Source: an uncultured delta proteobacterium (GTDB lineage: Bacteria > Desulfobacterota > Binatia > Binatales > Binataceae). From it: a stretch of 64,000 nucleotides of DNA. Below, piece by piece: positions 12,161-22,100 of this stretch (its first letter is position 1; each line of letters opens with the position of its first letter). A model generated the notes under the pieces. It saw only the letters and a program-made list of their open reading frames with translations. It searched no databases and was not told where the DNA came from. Position numbers and translations under genes: made by a program. The stretch is taken from NCBI GenBank assembly GCA_963808235.1, contig CAWEEQ010000004.1:736001-800000 (forward strand), given 5' to 3'.

Positions 12161-13368
12161 ATTGCACCGCTATCGCGTAGCGCGCCGATTTCCTCCCAGC
12201 CGTAGCCGAGCTCCAGCAGCACCTCTTCAGTGTGCTGTCCGTGCTCCGGCGCGGGCTTGGCCTCGGTCGTGACTTCGCCGTTGATCGTCACCGGCGTGCC
12301 CGAGATCAGCACCCTGCCGGCGACCGGATGGTCGAGTTCGAGGAGGTATCCGTTAACGCGCGCCTGTTCGCTTTTCAGCATCGAGCGATAGTCGACGACT
12401 TCAGTCGCCAAAATGTCGGCATCGGTGAGTTCCTTCAGCCACTCGCGACTGCTCTTGCGCGGAAAGATTTCGTCGAGCACCTTCTGAATCTTGTCACCGT
12501 GAAAATTGCGAATCACGTTGTCGGAGTAATCCGGATCTTTCTCCAGATGCTCGATACCGACGATCTTGCAGAACGACGGCCAGCGCTTTTCGTCCACGCC
12601 CGCAATACAGATGTGTCCGTCGCTGGTCGGGAACGCGCCCCACACGCCGTGCAGAAACTGATGGCCCCGGCCAGCGCGCTCCGGCTCGTTTCCGGTGATA
12701 GACGTGTAGTTGATCTCCATCCCCTGCATCGCGATCATCGTGCCGTATATCGACGCATCGACTTTCTGCGAACGCCCGGTCCGCTCGCGTGCGAACAACG
12801 CCGCCAGGATCCCACTGGCAAGACTGAGCGCTCCCGAATGGTCCGCGGCGAGAATCCCGCACGGCAGTGGCGGGTCGGCCGCCATCCCCGTCTTGGCCAT
12901 CACGCCGCTAGCCGCCTGCGCGAGCGTGTCGCGGCTCGGCCGCATCACCCACGGCCCCCGCGGTCCCCACGAGCTGCCCTGCGCGTACACGATACGCGGA
13001 TTGAGCTTGCGCACATCGTCGTAGCCGAGCCCCAGCCGATCGAGCACGCCGGGCCGATAGTTGGTCACCAGCACGTCGTACGATTTCACCATCCGGCGAA
13101 CGACTTCGATCGCGTCGGGCTTTTTCAGATCGGCGGTGATACTCCGCTTGCCACGATTCATCGCGATGAAATAGTGCGAGACGGTCGCGTTCTTGACGTC
13201 CGGCCCGCCGATGAGCGCGGTCAACATCCATCGGCTCAAGTCGCCGGTCTCCTTGTTTTCGATCTTGACTACATCGGCGCCCATGTCGGCGAGAAACAGC
13301 GACGCAAACGGTCCCTGGATTTCCTGCGCGATCTCGACAACCTTGATTCCGTCCAGCGGCTTGCTCAT
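12157..13368 (-). CDS. Class III CoA-transferase (CaiB/BaiF family)
   Basis: PLDGIKVVE, LADMGADVVKIE, NRGKRSI, NYRPGVLDRLGLGY, catalytic Asp in AADHSG, APEHGQHTEEVL. Confidence 0.93.
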   Translation of the reverse strand: MSKPLDGIKVVEIAQEIQGPFASLFLADMGADVVKIENKETGDLSRWMLTALIGGPDVKNATVSHYFIAMNRGKRSITADLKKPDAIEVVRRMVKSYDVLVTNYRPGVLDRLGLGYDDVRKLNPRIVYAQGSSWGPRGPWVMRPSRDTLAQAASGVMAKTGMAADPPLPCGILAADHSGALSLASGILAALFARERTGRSQKVDASIYGTMIAMQGMEINYTSITGNEPERAGRGHQFLHGVWGAFPTSDGHICIAGVDEKRWPSFCKIVGIEHLEKDPDYSDNVIRNFHGDKIQKVLDEIFPRKSSREWLKELTDADILATEVVDYRSMLKSEQARVNGYLLELDHPVAGRVLISGTPVTINGEVTTEAKPAPEHGQHTEEVLLELGYGWEEIGALRDSGAI

Positions 13369-13468
13369 CGTGATCTTCCCCTAAACGTTCGTTCAGGCAT
13401 TCCGATGCGCCGGATTATCCCGCGCTTCGCCGCGAAATCTCAAGCGTCATTTCCCGGCCGCGATTGCT

Positions 13469-13497
13469 TTGAGATGCGCCCGCTCTCCGGTTACCCT
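13469..13497 (+). promoter_or_regulatory. Putative sigma70 promoter, near-leaderless
   Basis: TTGAGA-17 bp-TACCCT, ending 8 nt before ATG 13506; no SD. Confidence 0.45.
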
Positions 13498-13505
13498 CAT
13501 CGCCG

Positions 13506-14288
13506 ATGGAACCGAGCATCTACAAGTACCCCGACATCTTCCGACGCGCGCATTTGGAACGTCCCGGCGAGATTCCGGCCGAGGTGAGTTTTCTCGAGCA
13601 GGTATGGAAGCGTCATCGCAAACTACCGGTCCGGCGCGTTCTCGATATCGCAAGCGGCGATTCGCCGCATGGCCGCATCCTCGCTCGCGACGGATTCGCA
13701 GTGGTCGGTATCGATCGTTCGTCCACGATGCTCGCGTCGGGCCGCGCCAAGGCGCACTCACTCGGGAACCTTCGCTTCTACCGTCGCGCGATCGAAAAGT
13801 TCCGGCTGCCCGAACGTCCGTTCGACGCCGCGATCTTCATGTCGGAAACATTTCCCGTGATTGTCGAGAACACCGGACTGCTCTCGCATCTCCGATCGGT
13901 CGGCCGCGCACTCAAACGCGGCGGCCTCTACTGCGTCGATATCGATCGGCAGGACACGATTCGCCACGTCTCGCGGCGCACGATGTGGCGCGAACGAAAC
14001 GCGCGCGCCGGAAGCGTGCCGCTCAAAATCCGCGAGTTCAATCGCCCCATCGCGTGGCACTCGCCGTTGCATTCGATCTACGAGCTCGAATGTACGATTC
14101 AATTTCCCGACGGCGAGGTAACGACGCGCGATCTGGTCCCGGTGCGCTACACGCTCCCATCAACCTTGGAGCTGGCAGCGCTCGCATCCGGGATGTTCAA
14201 AATGGTCGCCGCCTATTCCGACTTGTCGTTCACCAAGCCGATCGACAAATGCCGCTACCGATGGCTTGGCGTTCTGCGCCGCGTATGA
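13506..14288 (+). CDS. Class I SAM-dependent methyltransferase
   Basis: RVLDIASGDSPH, VVGIDRSSTML, ALKRGGLYCVD. Confidence 0.8.
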   Translation: MEPSIYKYPDIFRRAHLERPGEIPAEVSFLEQVWKRHRKLPVRRVLDIASGDSPHGRILARDGFAVVGIDRSSTMLASGRAKAHSLGNLRFYRRAIEKFRLPERPFDAAIFMSETFPVIVENTGLLSHLRSVGRALKRGGLYCVDIDRQDTIRHVSRRTMWRERNARAGSVPLKIREFNRPIAWHSPLHSIYELECTIQFPDGEVTTRDLVPVRYTLPSTLELAALASGMFKMVAAYSDLSFTKPIDKCRYRWLGVLRRV

Positions 14289-14290
14289 AT

Positions 14291-14926
14291 TCAAGACGTG
14301 GTGAGATGATCGATCAAATCCAGCGACTCCGCATGCCACGATCCGTCGAACTCAAAGATCTGAATCGATCCCAGCTCGACGATCGCCTCCTGACCCGCCA
14401 GCTTTCGCATGATCGCGCGAATCACCCCGCGATGCGCCACCAGCAGCGCTTCCTCGTCGTCGCTCGGCGTCCAGGTCGCAAGCAGCCGGTCCAATCCGCG
14501 CTCGACACGCGTGGCAAAAGCGGCGCGACTCTCACCCTCAGGATAGGTGTAGTTCGGCGCAAGCCGATCCGCATTCCATATCGCGAAGTGCTCGGGATAC
14601 CGCTCGCGGATCTCCTCGGCCGTGAGACCCTCAAACAATCCGAAATGCACTTCGGCAAATTCCTCGATCGTTACGATCGACGCCGCGTCGCCGGTGATGA
14701 TACGCGCGCCTTCGGACGCCCGAACGAGCGGGCTCGAGAAAACCCGCCCGAACCTGTGTCCGCCCCGGCGCGCCTCGAGCGCGCGTGCGACAAGCCGCAT
14801 CTGCTTGCGCCCTGGCTCTGAGAGCGGCACATCGGTGCGTCCGTGATACCTGATGCTCGACTCGCCCTCAGTCTCGCCGTGTCGAACGAGGAACAGTCGC
14901 GCGGCTCGAATTCGATCTCCGATCAT
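14291..14926 (-). CDS. Histidine phosphatase family protein
   Basis: LFLVRHGET, SSPLVRA, EVHFGLFEG, YPEGES, LVAHRGVI; ATGA overlap with the DUF1015 stop. Confidence 0.92.
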   Translation of the reverse strand: MIGDRIRAARLFLVRHGETEGESSIRYHGRTDVPLSEPGRKQMRLVARALEARRGGHRFGRVFSSPLVRASEGARIITGDAASIVTIEEFAEVHFGLFEGLTAEEIRERYPEHFAIWNADRLAPNYTYPEGESRAAFATRVERGLDRLLATWTPSDDEEALLVAHRGVIRAIMRKLAGQEAIVELGSIQIFEFDGSWHAESLDLIDHLTTS

Positions 14927-16224
14927 TTTGAGCCGGCGTCGAACAACGGATTCATGACCAGGCCGGTGAGCAGCTTCGGATGAAAGTACGTCGATTTCTC
15001 GGGCATCGTCGCGCCCGCTTCGCTCACTCGCTCGACATCCTCGATCGACGGAGGATTCATCAGGAAGGCGCCGTCGGCGCGTCCTTGCGCCACCGCGCCA
15101 AGCGCGCCTCCGGTTTCGATCGTGTACTCGATATTGTTGCCGCGCCGTATTTCCTCCGCCTTGAGTCCAAAGATCCGATCGAAGACCAGCGCGTGCAACA
15201 CCGATACGTCGAGACGCCGCACTTCGGTCGGCGCGTCGGGCATCGCGGACTTGATCGCGGAGCGGCTTCTGAGCCGCAGAATCATGTAGTTTGAATTGCC
15301 CCTTAACGTCACGCCGATTGCTCCGGTGCCGGCCTCGTCGAGTCGCGCGCGAAACGCGTCGCGATGCGCAATTTCCTCGACCTTGAAGATCTCTCGCGCG
15401 CGCTCGGGGAAAGCTGCAATCGCGTCCCGATCGAGGGTCTTCACTACGCGATGCGTCGGCAGGATCACGAGACCCGGATCGTTGCATCCAACCAGCGTCA
15501 TCATCGTGTAGTCGTATGGTTCGGGATCGCTCGACGCATTTTCATGCCGCCGCGCGCGCCGATAGTTGAGCGCGGTTTCGTAACGATGGTGCCCGTCGGC
15601 GATCAGCAAGCGCGGCGATTCCAGCTCACGCTGAATGATCGCGATCTCATCCGGAGCGTCGATCGCGCGCAGCTCGTTGCGAATCCCGAGATCGTCAACA
15701 AGCTCGAGGAGCGGCTCGCGCGCCGCGACTTGTTCGCGAATCCGCTCGAGCTCGGGAGGCGCGCTCGCATAGAGCGCAAAGATCGAGCTGGTGTTGACGT
15801 TGAGCGCGGTCAGCAATCTCAGCCGGTCTTCCTTGGCGGCGGGAAAGGTACGCTCATGCGGCACGATTCGTCCGCTGGAGAATTCCTCGAGCCGCACTCG
15901 CGCGATGAAACCGGTGCGATGAAGCAGGCGGCCCTCCACGTCGAAGCTTTGCCTGTAGTGGTAGATTGCCGGACGCGCCGCGCGCACCAGCACGCCGGCC
16001 TCGAGCCATTGCGCGAGCAGTTTCTCGGCAGCGCCGTAGCGATCGGCCTCGCGGCCGAATTCGAGCCTGACAATGTTGTAAGGGCTGCGCTCGTACAATT
16101 GACTCTGCCGCGCGGCGCCGATCAAATCGTAAGGCGGCGCGACCACGAGCGCCGGGTCACCGGCAATTTGCCGGTTGTAGAGCAGCGCGCTGAACGGCTC
16201 GATGCGTTTGCTGAGGCCGCTCAC
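14923..16224 (-). CDS. DUF1015 family protein
   Basis: APPYDLI, PHERTF...KEDRL, LIADGHHRYETA, ILPTHR, MPEKSTYFHPK. Confidence 0.92.
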   Translation of the reverse strand: MSGLSKRIEPFSALLYNRQIAGDPALVVAPPYDLIGAARQSQLYERSPYNIVRLEFGREADRYGAAEKLLAQWLEAGVLVRAARPAIYHYRQSFDVEGRLLHRTGFIARVRLEEFSSGRIVPHERTFPAAKEDRLRLLTALNVNTSSIFALYASAPPELERIREQVAAREPLLELVDDLGIRNELRAIDAPDEIAIIQRELESPRLLIADGHHRYETALNYRRARRHENASSDPEPYDYTMMTLVGCNDPGLVILPTHRVVKTLDRDAIAAFPERAREIFKVEEIAHRDAFRARLDEAGTGAIGVTLRGNSNYMILRLRSRSAIKSAMPDAPTEVRRLDVSVLHALVFDRIFGLKAEEIRRGNNIEYTIETGGALGAVAQGRADGAFLMNPPSIEDVERVSEAGATMPEKSTYFHPKLLTGLVMNPLFDAGSK

Positions 16225-16875
16225 TTAAGCTGCTCTCCTGCGAGCACCGCCGCGATTTGATCTTCCGAAATTGCGCCCACTCTGACCATTTTCCAAGCCT
16301 CTCGATTGACCGCCACCAGCGTGCTGGGCGCGGATGCCATCAGATTTCCACCTTCAAGGTATACTTTAACTTTTGCGCCGAGCGCGGCGCGCGCCTCTGC
16401 CAGCGACCTGGCAGGCGGTTGGCCGCTCAGGTTCGCACTGGTCGCCGTGATCGGATGCCCGAGGCCGGCCGCGAGCGCGCGTGCTACAGGATTCGGCGAA
16501 ACTCGCACGGCAACTCCGTCCGCGCCGAGAATCTCAGGCCGCAGATTGCCGCGCCCCCGCAACACCAGGGTCAGCGGGCCGGGCCAGAAGGCGTCGGCCA
16601 GGCGGCGCGCGTCAATTGGCACTTCGAGCGCGAGTGAAAACGCCATCGACGTATCCGCTAGCTATAAGCCCGATCGTATGCGCCGGCTCGCGGCCCTTCG
16701 CATGAAAGAGACGCTCCATCGCCGCGTCTGAAAATGGATCCGCCCCGAGCGCATAAAATGTCTCAGTGGGATAGACCGCCAATTCGCCCGCCCGGATCGC
16801 CGCGATACCATCGGCGAGCCGATCCACAGGAGCGGAGACGTGCGGTTTGTGCGAGCTGCTCGATGAACGCGGCAA
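16221..16875 (-). CDS. tsaC: L-threonylcarbamoyladenylate synthase (Sua5/YrdC), split by a +1 frameshift near 16659
   Basis: N-terminal half has YPTETFYALG...KGR; C-terminal half has FWPGPLTLVL, ITATSANLSG and PST. Removing one base restores LIAADTSMAF. Confidence 0.85.
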
Positions 16876-16891
16876 GCGACGATCCTACTCC

Positions 16892-18205
16892 TCAGAAACG
16901 TGCGAGCGCGCGTCCTGCGATATCGCGCCGGAAATGACGCCCCTCGAACTCGATCATCTCCGCGGCCTCATACGCCGCATCAACCGCATCTTTGAGTTGA
17001 GGCGCCATCGCAGTGACGGTCAACACGCGTCCGCCATCCGTAACCAACTGTCCATCGCGAAGCGCAGTGCCCGCGTGGAAAACTTTCACGCGAATTTTGT
17101 TCATCGCCCATTTTACCTTGATGTCCGACGGCACGTTGCCCTCGATCTTCTCAAGTCCGGTGATTGCGATGCCCTTTCGATAGTCGCCCGGGTAGCCGCC
17201 CGACGCGAGCACAACTGCGACCGCCGCGCGCGGCGAGAGCCTTATCGTGGCGCGCGCAACGTTGCCCTCCGCCGCCGCGAGCAGAGTCTCGGCAAGATCG
17301 CCATCGAATCGCATCATCAACGGTTCGCATTCGGGATCGCCAAAGCGCGCATTGAATTCGATCACGTTGATTCGGTCGCCGTCGATCATCAGCGCGACGT
17401 AGAGCGCTCCGCTAAACGGAGTCCCGCGCGCCTTCATCGTGGCGAGCACCGGCTCGACGACCTCGCGCATGATGCGCGCGTCGATTTCGGCGCCGAACTG
17501 CGGGACCGGCGAGTACGCGCCCATGCCGCCGGTATTGGGCCCGCGATCGCCGTCGAAGATTGTTTTGTGGTCCTGGGCGGCGCCGAGCGCGATCGCATTT
17601 TCACCGTCGCACAGAGCGAAGAAAGACAACTCCTCGCCGGTCAGAAAATCCTCGATCACGACTCGATTGCCGGCGGCGCCAAACTTGCGCCGCTCCAATG
17701 CGTCGGCGATCGCATCGAAAGCGGCCGCTCGATCGTGGCAGATTACGACGCCTTTGCCGAGCGCAAGTCCGTCGGCTTTCACCACAATCGGCAGTTTGCG
17801 CGCATCCACATATTTCCGCGCCGATTCGGCGTCGGTGAAAGTTGCGAAGTCGGCAGTCGGGACGCCCGCCTCGCGCATGATCGATTTCGCGAACGATTTG
17901 CTGGATTCGAGTTGCGCCGCCGCCGCGCTCGGACCGAAGATCTTGAGCCCGGCGCGTGTAAACTCGTCCACGATTCCAGCCGCGAGCGGGTCATCCGGAC
18001 CTACGATTGTCAGGTCGACAGATTTTTCCCGCGCGAAATCGACCAGCGCCGCGATATCAGTCGGCGCGATAGCAACCGGCTCCGCCATCTGGTTGATTCC
18101 GGGGTTTCCGCTCGCGCAGAAAATCTTCCACACCGTCTGGCTTTGATGGAGCCGCCAGACGAGCGAGTGCTCGCGCGCGCCCTTGCCGATAACGAGTACC
18201 TTCAT
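16892..18205 (-). CDS. purD: Phosphoribosylamine-glycine ligase
   Basis: MKVLVIGKGAREH, VVKADGLALGKGV, GPNTGGMGAYSP, EFNARFGDPE, GGRVL. Confidence 0.98.
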   Translation of the reverse strand: MKVLVIGKGAREHSLVWRLHQSQTVWKIFCASGNPGINQMAEPVAIAPTDIAALVDFAREKSVDLTIVGPDDPLAAGIVDEFTRAGLKIFGPSAAAAQLESSKSFAKSIMREAGVPTADFATFTDAESARKYVDARKLPIVVKADGLALGKGVVICHDRAAAFDAIADALERRKFGAAGNRVVIEDFLTGEELSFFALCDGENAIALGAAQDHKTIFDGDRGPNTGGMGAYSPVPQFGAEIDARIMREVVEPVLATMKARGTPFSGALYVALMIDGDRINVIEFNARFGDPECEPLMMRFDGDLAETLLAAAEGNVARATIRLSPRAAVAVVLASGGYPGDYRKGIAITGLEKIEGNVPSDIKVKWAMNKIRVKVFHAGTALRDGQLVTDGGRVLTVTAMAPQLKDAVDAAYEAAEMIEFEGRHFRRDIAGRALARF

Positions 18206-18244
18206 CCGAGGCCCTTACGGTTAAGCAAGACTTCCCCGCATCTC

Positions 18245-19813
18245 CTAATGGCGAAAATGGCGCACCCCCGTGAAGACCATCGCGAGCCCGTACTTGTCCG
18301 CCGCCGCGATTACCTGGTCGTCGCGCATGGCGCCGCCTGGTTGCGCTATTGCGGTCGCACCAGCTTCCGCCGCGAGCGTTGGCCCGTCCGGAAACGGAAA
18401 CATCGCTTCCGATACCAGCACCGAGCCTTCCAGGGACACGTGCAATCGCGCGGCTTTCTCGCGCGCGGCATAGACCGGATCGATCCGCGAGGTGGCGCCG
18501 CCGCCGACCGCCAGCGTGCGATCTTCGGCGACGAATGCGATCGCGTTGGACTTGATATGTTTGCAGACCTTGATCCCGAACTCGAGCGCGCGCATCTCGG
18601 CATCGGTCGGTATGCGCTCGGTGACGATTTTGCCTGTCCGCGGATCTTCGATCGAAAGATCCGGCGTCTGCACCAGCAAACCGCCGAGCACTTTCTTGAC
18701 GTCGAGTTCGTTGCGATCGATCGCCGCCGGATTGAACGTCATCACGCGCCGGTTCTTGTTCTTGCGCAGGAACGCAATCACCTCGTCGGGATACTCCGGT
18801 CCAATCAGCACTTCGGTGAAGAGCTCGTTCACCGCGCGCGCGAATTCCATGTCCCACGCTCGATTCGTGATTATGATTCCGCCGAACGGAGAATCGGGAT
18901 CGGTCGCGAACGCCTTGTCCCATGCGGTCTTCAGCGTGTCGCCGATTCCTACACCGCACGGTGTGTTGTGCTTCAGAATCGCAACCACCGCGCGCCGCTC
19001 GTCGTGAAATTCGAGCATCAGGTTTATCGCGGAGCTGATGTCCACCACATTGTTGAACGACAGTTCCTTGCCGTGAAGCTGATGCGCGATCTCGAGGAAG
19101 CGTCCGTATAGCGCGCCGGCCTGATGCGGATTCTCGCCGTAGCGAAGCGCCTGCTCGCGACTCAGCGCGAGGCTGAAGGTCTCACCGAGCGGAGACGGTT
19201 CGCCCTCGCCGGTATGAGTGCCGAGATAGTTGGATATCGCCGCGTCGTATGCGCTGACTCGCGCGAACGCCTTGCGCGCGAGCAGCCAGCGAGTATCCGC
19301 GGTCAGTGCGCCGTCGTTGGCGTCGAGTTCAGCGCCGATCGATTCGTAATCCGCGGGATCGACGACGACTGCTACGTCGGCATAGTTTTTTGCCGCCGCG
19401 CGGACCAGAGTCGGTCCTCCGATGTCGATATTTTCGATTGCGTCGTCCAGACTCACGCCGTCCTGCGCGACGGTCTTCTCAAACGGATAGAAGTTCACGA
19501 CCACAAGATCGATCGGCTCGATCCCGTGCTGAACCATCTGGCGCTGATGACTCTGATCGCCGCGACGCGCGAGGATTCCTCCGTGGATTTTTGGATGCAG
19601 CGTCTTTACCCGCCCGTCCAGCATCTCCGGCGAGCCGGTAAAACTCTCGACCGATCTCGCTCGCACGCCGGCCGCTTCCAGAGCCGCCATGGTGCCACCG
19701 GTCGATAGTATCTCGATCCCGTGCCGGGCCAGCGTCCTGGCGAACTCGGCGAGCCCGCTCTTGTCGGCGACTCCCAGCAGCGCGCGTCTCGCCACGATCT
19801 TGTCCTGGTTCAT
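18245..19813 (-). CDS. purH: Bifunctional AICAR transformylase/IMP cyclohydrolase
   Basis: GRVKTLHPKIHGG, IENIDIGGPT, LRYGENPHQ, KHNTPCG, KSNAI, FTGVRHFRH. Confidence 0.98.
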   Translation of the reverse strand: MNQDKIVARRALLGVADKSGLAEFARTLARHGIEILSTGGTMAALEAAGVRARSVESFTGSPEMLDGRVKTLHPKIHGGILARRGDQSHQRQMVQHGIEPIDLVVVNFYPFEKTVAQDGVSLDDAIENIDIGGPTLVRAAAKNYADVAVVVDPADYESIGAELDANDGALTADTRWLLARKAFARVSAYDAAISNYLGTHTGEGEPSPLGETFSLALSREQALRYGENPHQAGALYGRFLEIAHQLHGKELSFNNVVDISSAINLMLEFHDERRAVVAILKHNTPCGVGIGDTLKTAWDKAFATDPDSPFGGIIITNRAWDMEFARAVNELFTEVLIGPEYPDEVIAFLRKNKNRRVMTFNPAAIDRNELDVKKVLGGLLVQTPDLSIEDPRTGKIVTERIPTDAEMRALEFGIKVCKHIKSNAIAFVAEDRTLAVGGGATSRIDPVYAAREKAARLHVSLEGSVLVSEAMFPFPDGPTLAAEAGATAIAQPGGAMRDDQVIAAADKYGLAMVFTGVRHFRH

Positions 19814-19819
19814 TGTTGT

Positions 19820-20947
19820 CTAGCTCCGAATCACGCGCGGCACCCGTCTGCCCACCGTGCACAGCATCTCGTAGGAAATTGTCTGCGCGAGGCGAGCCAC
19901 GTCATTGACGCTGATCGCGTCGTCACCTGCACCGCCCCACAGGATTACTTCGTCACCCACCGCCGCCGTGGATATGTCAGTGAGATCGATTGTCGTCAAG
20001 TCCATCGAGACTGCGCCGACCACCGGCGCGCGACTCCCGCGCACTATCACTTCGCCGCCATGCTGCAATCCGCGCCGATAACCGTCCGCGTAACCCACCG
20101 GTAGCACGCCGATCAGGCTTTCCCGCGGCGTTATGAACGTATGCCCATAGCCGACTCCGCTGCCTGCCGGCGCGCGCTTGATTTGCATCAGCCGTGTTTT
20201 GAATGTCATGACCGGGCGCAGTTCTACGCGCTCGCGCACCGCGCTGACCGGCGGCAGCCCATAAATCGCAAGACCCGGGCGGACGAGGTTGAAGTGAGAG
20301 TCGTCGCGCAAAATCAGCGCCGCGGAATTTGCGACGTGCAGCACCGACGGACGCATCCCGGCGCCCTTCAGCGTATCGATCGCGCCGTGAAAGACCCGTA
20401 GTTGCGCATCCGTGATCGGACTCGACGGATCGCCCGCATTTGCGAGCAGCGTGCACACGCCCTCCAGCCGCACCGCCGACGCGTGCCGCACTTCCTCGAT
20501 CAACGCGGGAATCTGCGCCGGCATCACGCCGAGCCGAGTTGCACCGCTGTCTATCTTCACGTGAATCGGAAAATCGCTGCGGCCTGCGGCTCGGGCGGCG
20601 CTGTCGAGAAGTCCGATCATCCGGGAATCGAACACGAACGGAGTCACGTCGAGCGCGACAATCTCGGCCGCCTGTTCGGCGAAGAAGCCCGCCTGTAGAT
20701 AGACGCGGTTGCCGATGCCCGCTTGCCGGAGTTCGCGCGCCTCGTCCAGCGTGGCGACTCCGAAATGCCGGCATCCTTCGCCGGCGAGACAGCGCGCCAC
20801 CGTCACCGCGCCATGTCCATAGGCGTCGGCCTTGACCACGACCATCAGCTCGTTGTGCGAGGTCATCGCGCGCAGCGCGCGAAAGTTCGCCCGCAGTGCG
20901 CCGAGATCGATTTCGGCGATAGTGGGCCGCTGCGTTTCAATTGCCAT
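19820..20947 (-). CDS. alr: Alanine racemase
   Basis: VVKADAYGHG (PLP Lys), HVANS, VRPGLAIYG, GYADG, VSMD, TISYE. Confidence 0.97.
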   Translation of the reverse strand: MAIETQRPTIAEIDLGALRANFRALRAMTSHNELMVVVKADAYGHGAVTVARCLAGEGCRHFGVATLDEARELRQAGIGNRVYLQAGFFAEQAAEIVALDVTPFVFDSRMIGLLDSAARAAGRSDFPIHVKIDSGATRLGVMPAQIPALIEEVRHASAVRLEGVCTLLANAGDPSSPITDAQLRVFHGAIDTLKGAGMRPSVLHVANSAALILRDDSHFNLVRPGLAIYGLPPVSAVRERVELRPVMTFKTRLMQIKRAPAGSGVGYGHTFITPRESLIGVLPVGYADGYRRGLQHGGEVIVRGSRAPVVGAVSMDLTTIDLTDISTAAVGDEVILWGGAGDDAISVNDVARLAQTISYEMLCTVGRRVPRVIRS

Positions 20948-21221
20948 CGAAAATTGAATCTCTAGCGATGTGCAAGATTCGACCATTGACCCGCCGCACA
21001 GTCAATCAAGCGCGGATCACATGCCAAGCCGGGTCTCTCGGGAACGCCCAATCGATATTATCAGGCGATCGATATTGCTTTAATCATCGCGCTGCCTTGA
21101 TACTAACGAGTCGGAATCGATATAGGATTCGGCTCCGAATTTGTTCCAGCCTGACAGTGGCCGTTCCGCTTGCCTTTGGCCACGTTCCGCTAGACCAACC
21201 CAAATCGAAAGACCGTAAGGC

Positions 21222-21638
21222 TTGGACGAGGCTCCCATGGCGCCACTTTGTCGCGATCCTTTGCCTGCCCCGGCTCTCTCCGACCGCGCGAACCGATTCA
21301 GCTTAGCGGCGGGATTGATCGCGGGGATCGCATATTCAACCTTCGCGAGTTTCGTCGCCAACGCCCTGACACCCGTGAGCAGCCGGCTGATTGAGCTGGA
21401 TTCCTTTCGCCGCGCGGTATCCGGCCGCTATCAGGAAGTCCTGAATCTCGACGGCGTCGTGTCTACCGTTGTGGGATCGATGCTCGTATTCGCGATCGTC
21501 TGGTGGATGATGCGCGTGACGCTCGAGTATTGGGATCGCGCAGGCTGGCGGCGGATCGATTCTATAGATCGCAGCTTGTTGGATGGATCGTTTCTTAGGC
21601 CGGTCGAACTCGCGCACTCAGTTTCTGAAAGTGAGTAA
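21222..21638 (+). CDS. Hypothetical membrane protein (two predicted TM segments)
   Basis: Fills the gap before csbD and has two hydrophobic stretches; start uncertain (ATG 21237 also possible). Confidence 0.5.
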   Translation: MDEAPMAPLCRDPLPAPALSDRANRFSLAAGLIAGIAYSTFASFVANALTPVSSRLIELDSFRRAVSGRYQEVLNLDGVVSTVVGSMLVFAIVWWMMRVTLEYWDRAGWRRIDSIDRSLLDGSFLRPVELAHSVSESE

Positions 21639-21691
21639 GTGATCTAAAAAGCCAAATCGCAATCGCGTTTTCGTCAGAGGTGAACAATCCA

Positions 21692-21871
21692 ATGAATGCT
21701 AAAACCGACCAGATCAAGGGACGCGTCGAAGAAGCAGCAGGCATACTTACTAATGATCAGCGGCTCAAGAATCGCGGAAAGATCGACCAGGCCGCGGGCA
21801 AGGCCAAAGAAGCTATCGGAAAGGTGATCGACAGGGCCACCAGCGCCACAAAAGTCATGGACAAGAAGTAG
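21692..21871 (+). CDS. csbD: CsbD family stress protein
   Basis: DQIKGRVEEAAGILTNDQRLKNRGKIDQAAGKAKE. Confidence 0.88.
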   Translation: MNAKTDQIKGRVEEAAGILTNDQRLKNRGKIDQAAGKAKEAIGKVIDRATSATKVMDKK

Positions 21872-21918
21872 CTTTTCGTTCCCTTCCCTGCGATGGGTGC
21901 GAGTCCGGCTTCTGCCTT

Positions 21919-21948
21919 TTGACACTCTTACCGCGCCGGTTGTATAAA
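21919..21948 (+). promoter_or_regulatory. Sigma70 promoter of the thi leader
   Basis: TTGACA-18 bp-TATAAA; predicted start (~21955) coincides with the riboswitch 5' end. Confidence 0.7.
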
Positions 21949-21954
21949 CAGACA

Positions 21955-22042
21955 AGGCTGGGGGTGTGCGTAAAGCGCACTGAGAGCTCCGAGTGGAGAA
22001 CCCCTCGAACCTGATCCGGATCATGCCGGCGTAGGGAAGCCA
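21955..22042 (+). ncRNA. TPP riboswitch aptamer
   Basis: GGGGTG...CTGAGA...ACCC...GAACCTGATCCGGATCATGCCGGCGTAGGGAAG consensus, upstream of thiSGE. Confidence 0.96.
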
Positions 22043-22067
22043 AAGGCGCGCCGATCGCCGCCGCGCC

Positions 22068-22099
22068 AAAGCCGCTTCCCCGCCGGAAGCGGCTTTTTT
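22068..22099 (+). terminator. Intrinsic terminator (riboswitch expression platform)
   Basis: AAAGCCGCTTCC-CCGCC-GGAAGCGGCTTTTTT. Confidence 0.88.
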
Positions 22100-22100
22100 C

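Noticed and set aside
16847-19111. 754-aa plus-strand ORF and many other long overlapping ORFs (e.g. 12232-13587, 13469-14821, 35907-37004, 36992-38020)
   Set aside because: Antisense or alternate-frame shadows of well-supported genes, expected at high GC; Arg-rich with no recognisable motifs.
21176-21192. Sigma54 promoter-like TGGC...GC
   Set aside because: GG-to-GC spacing is 9 rather than 10 nt.
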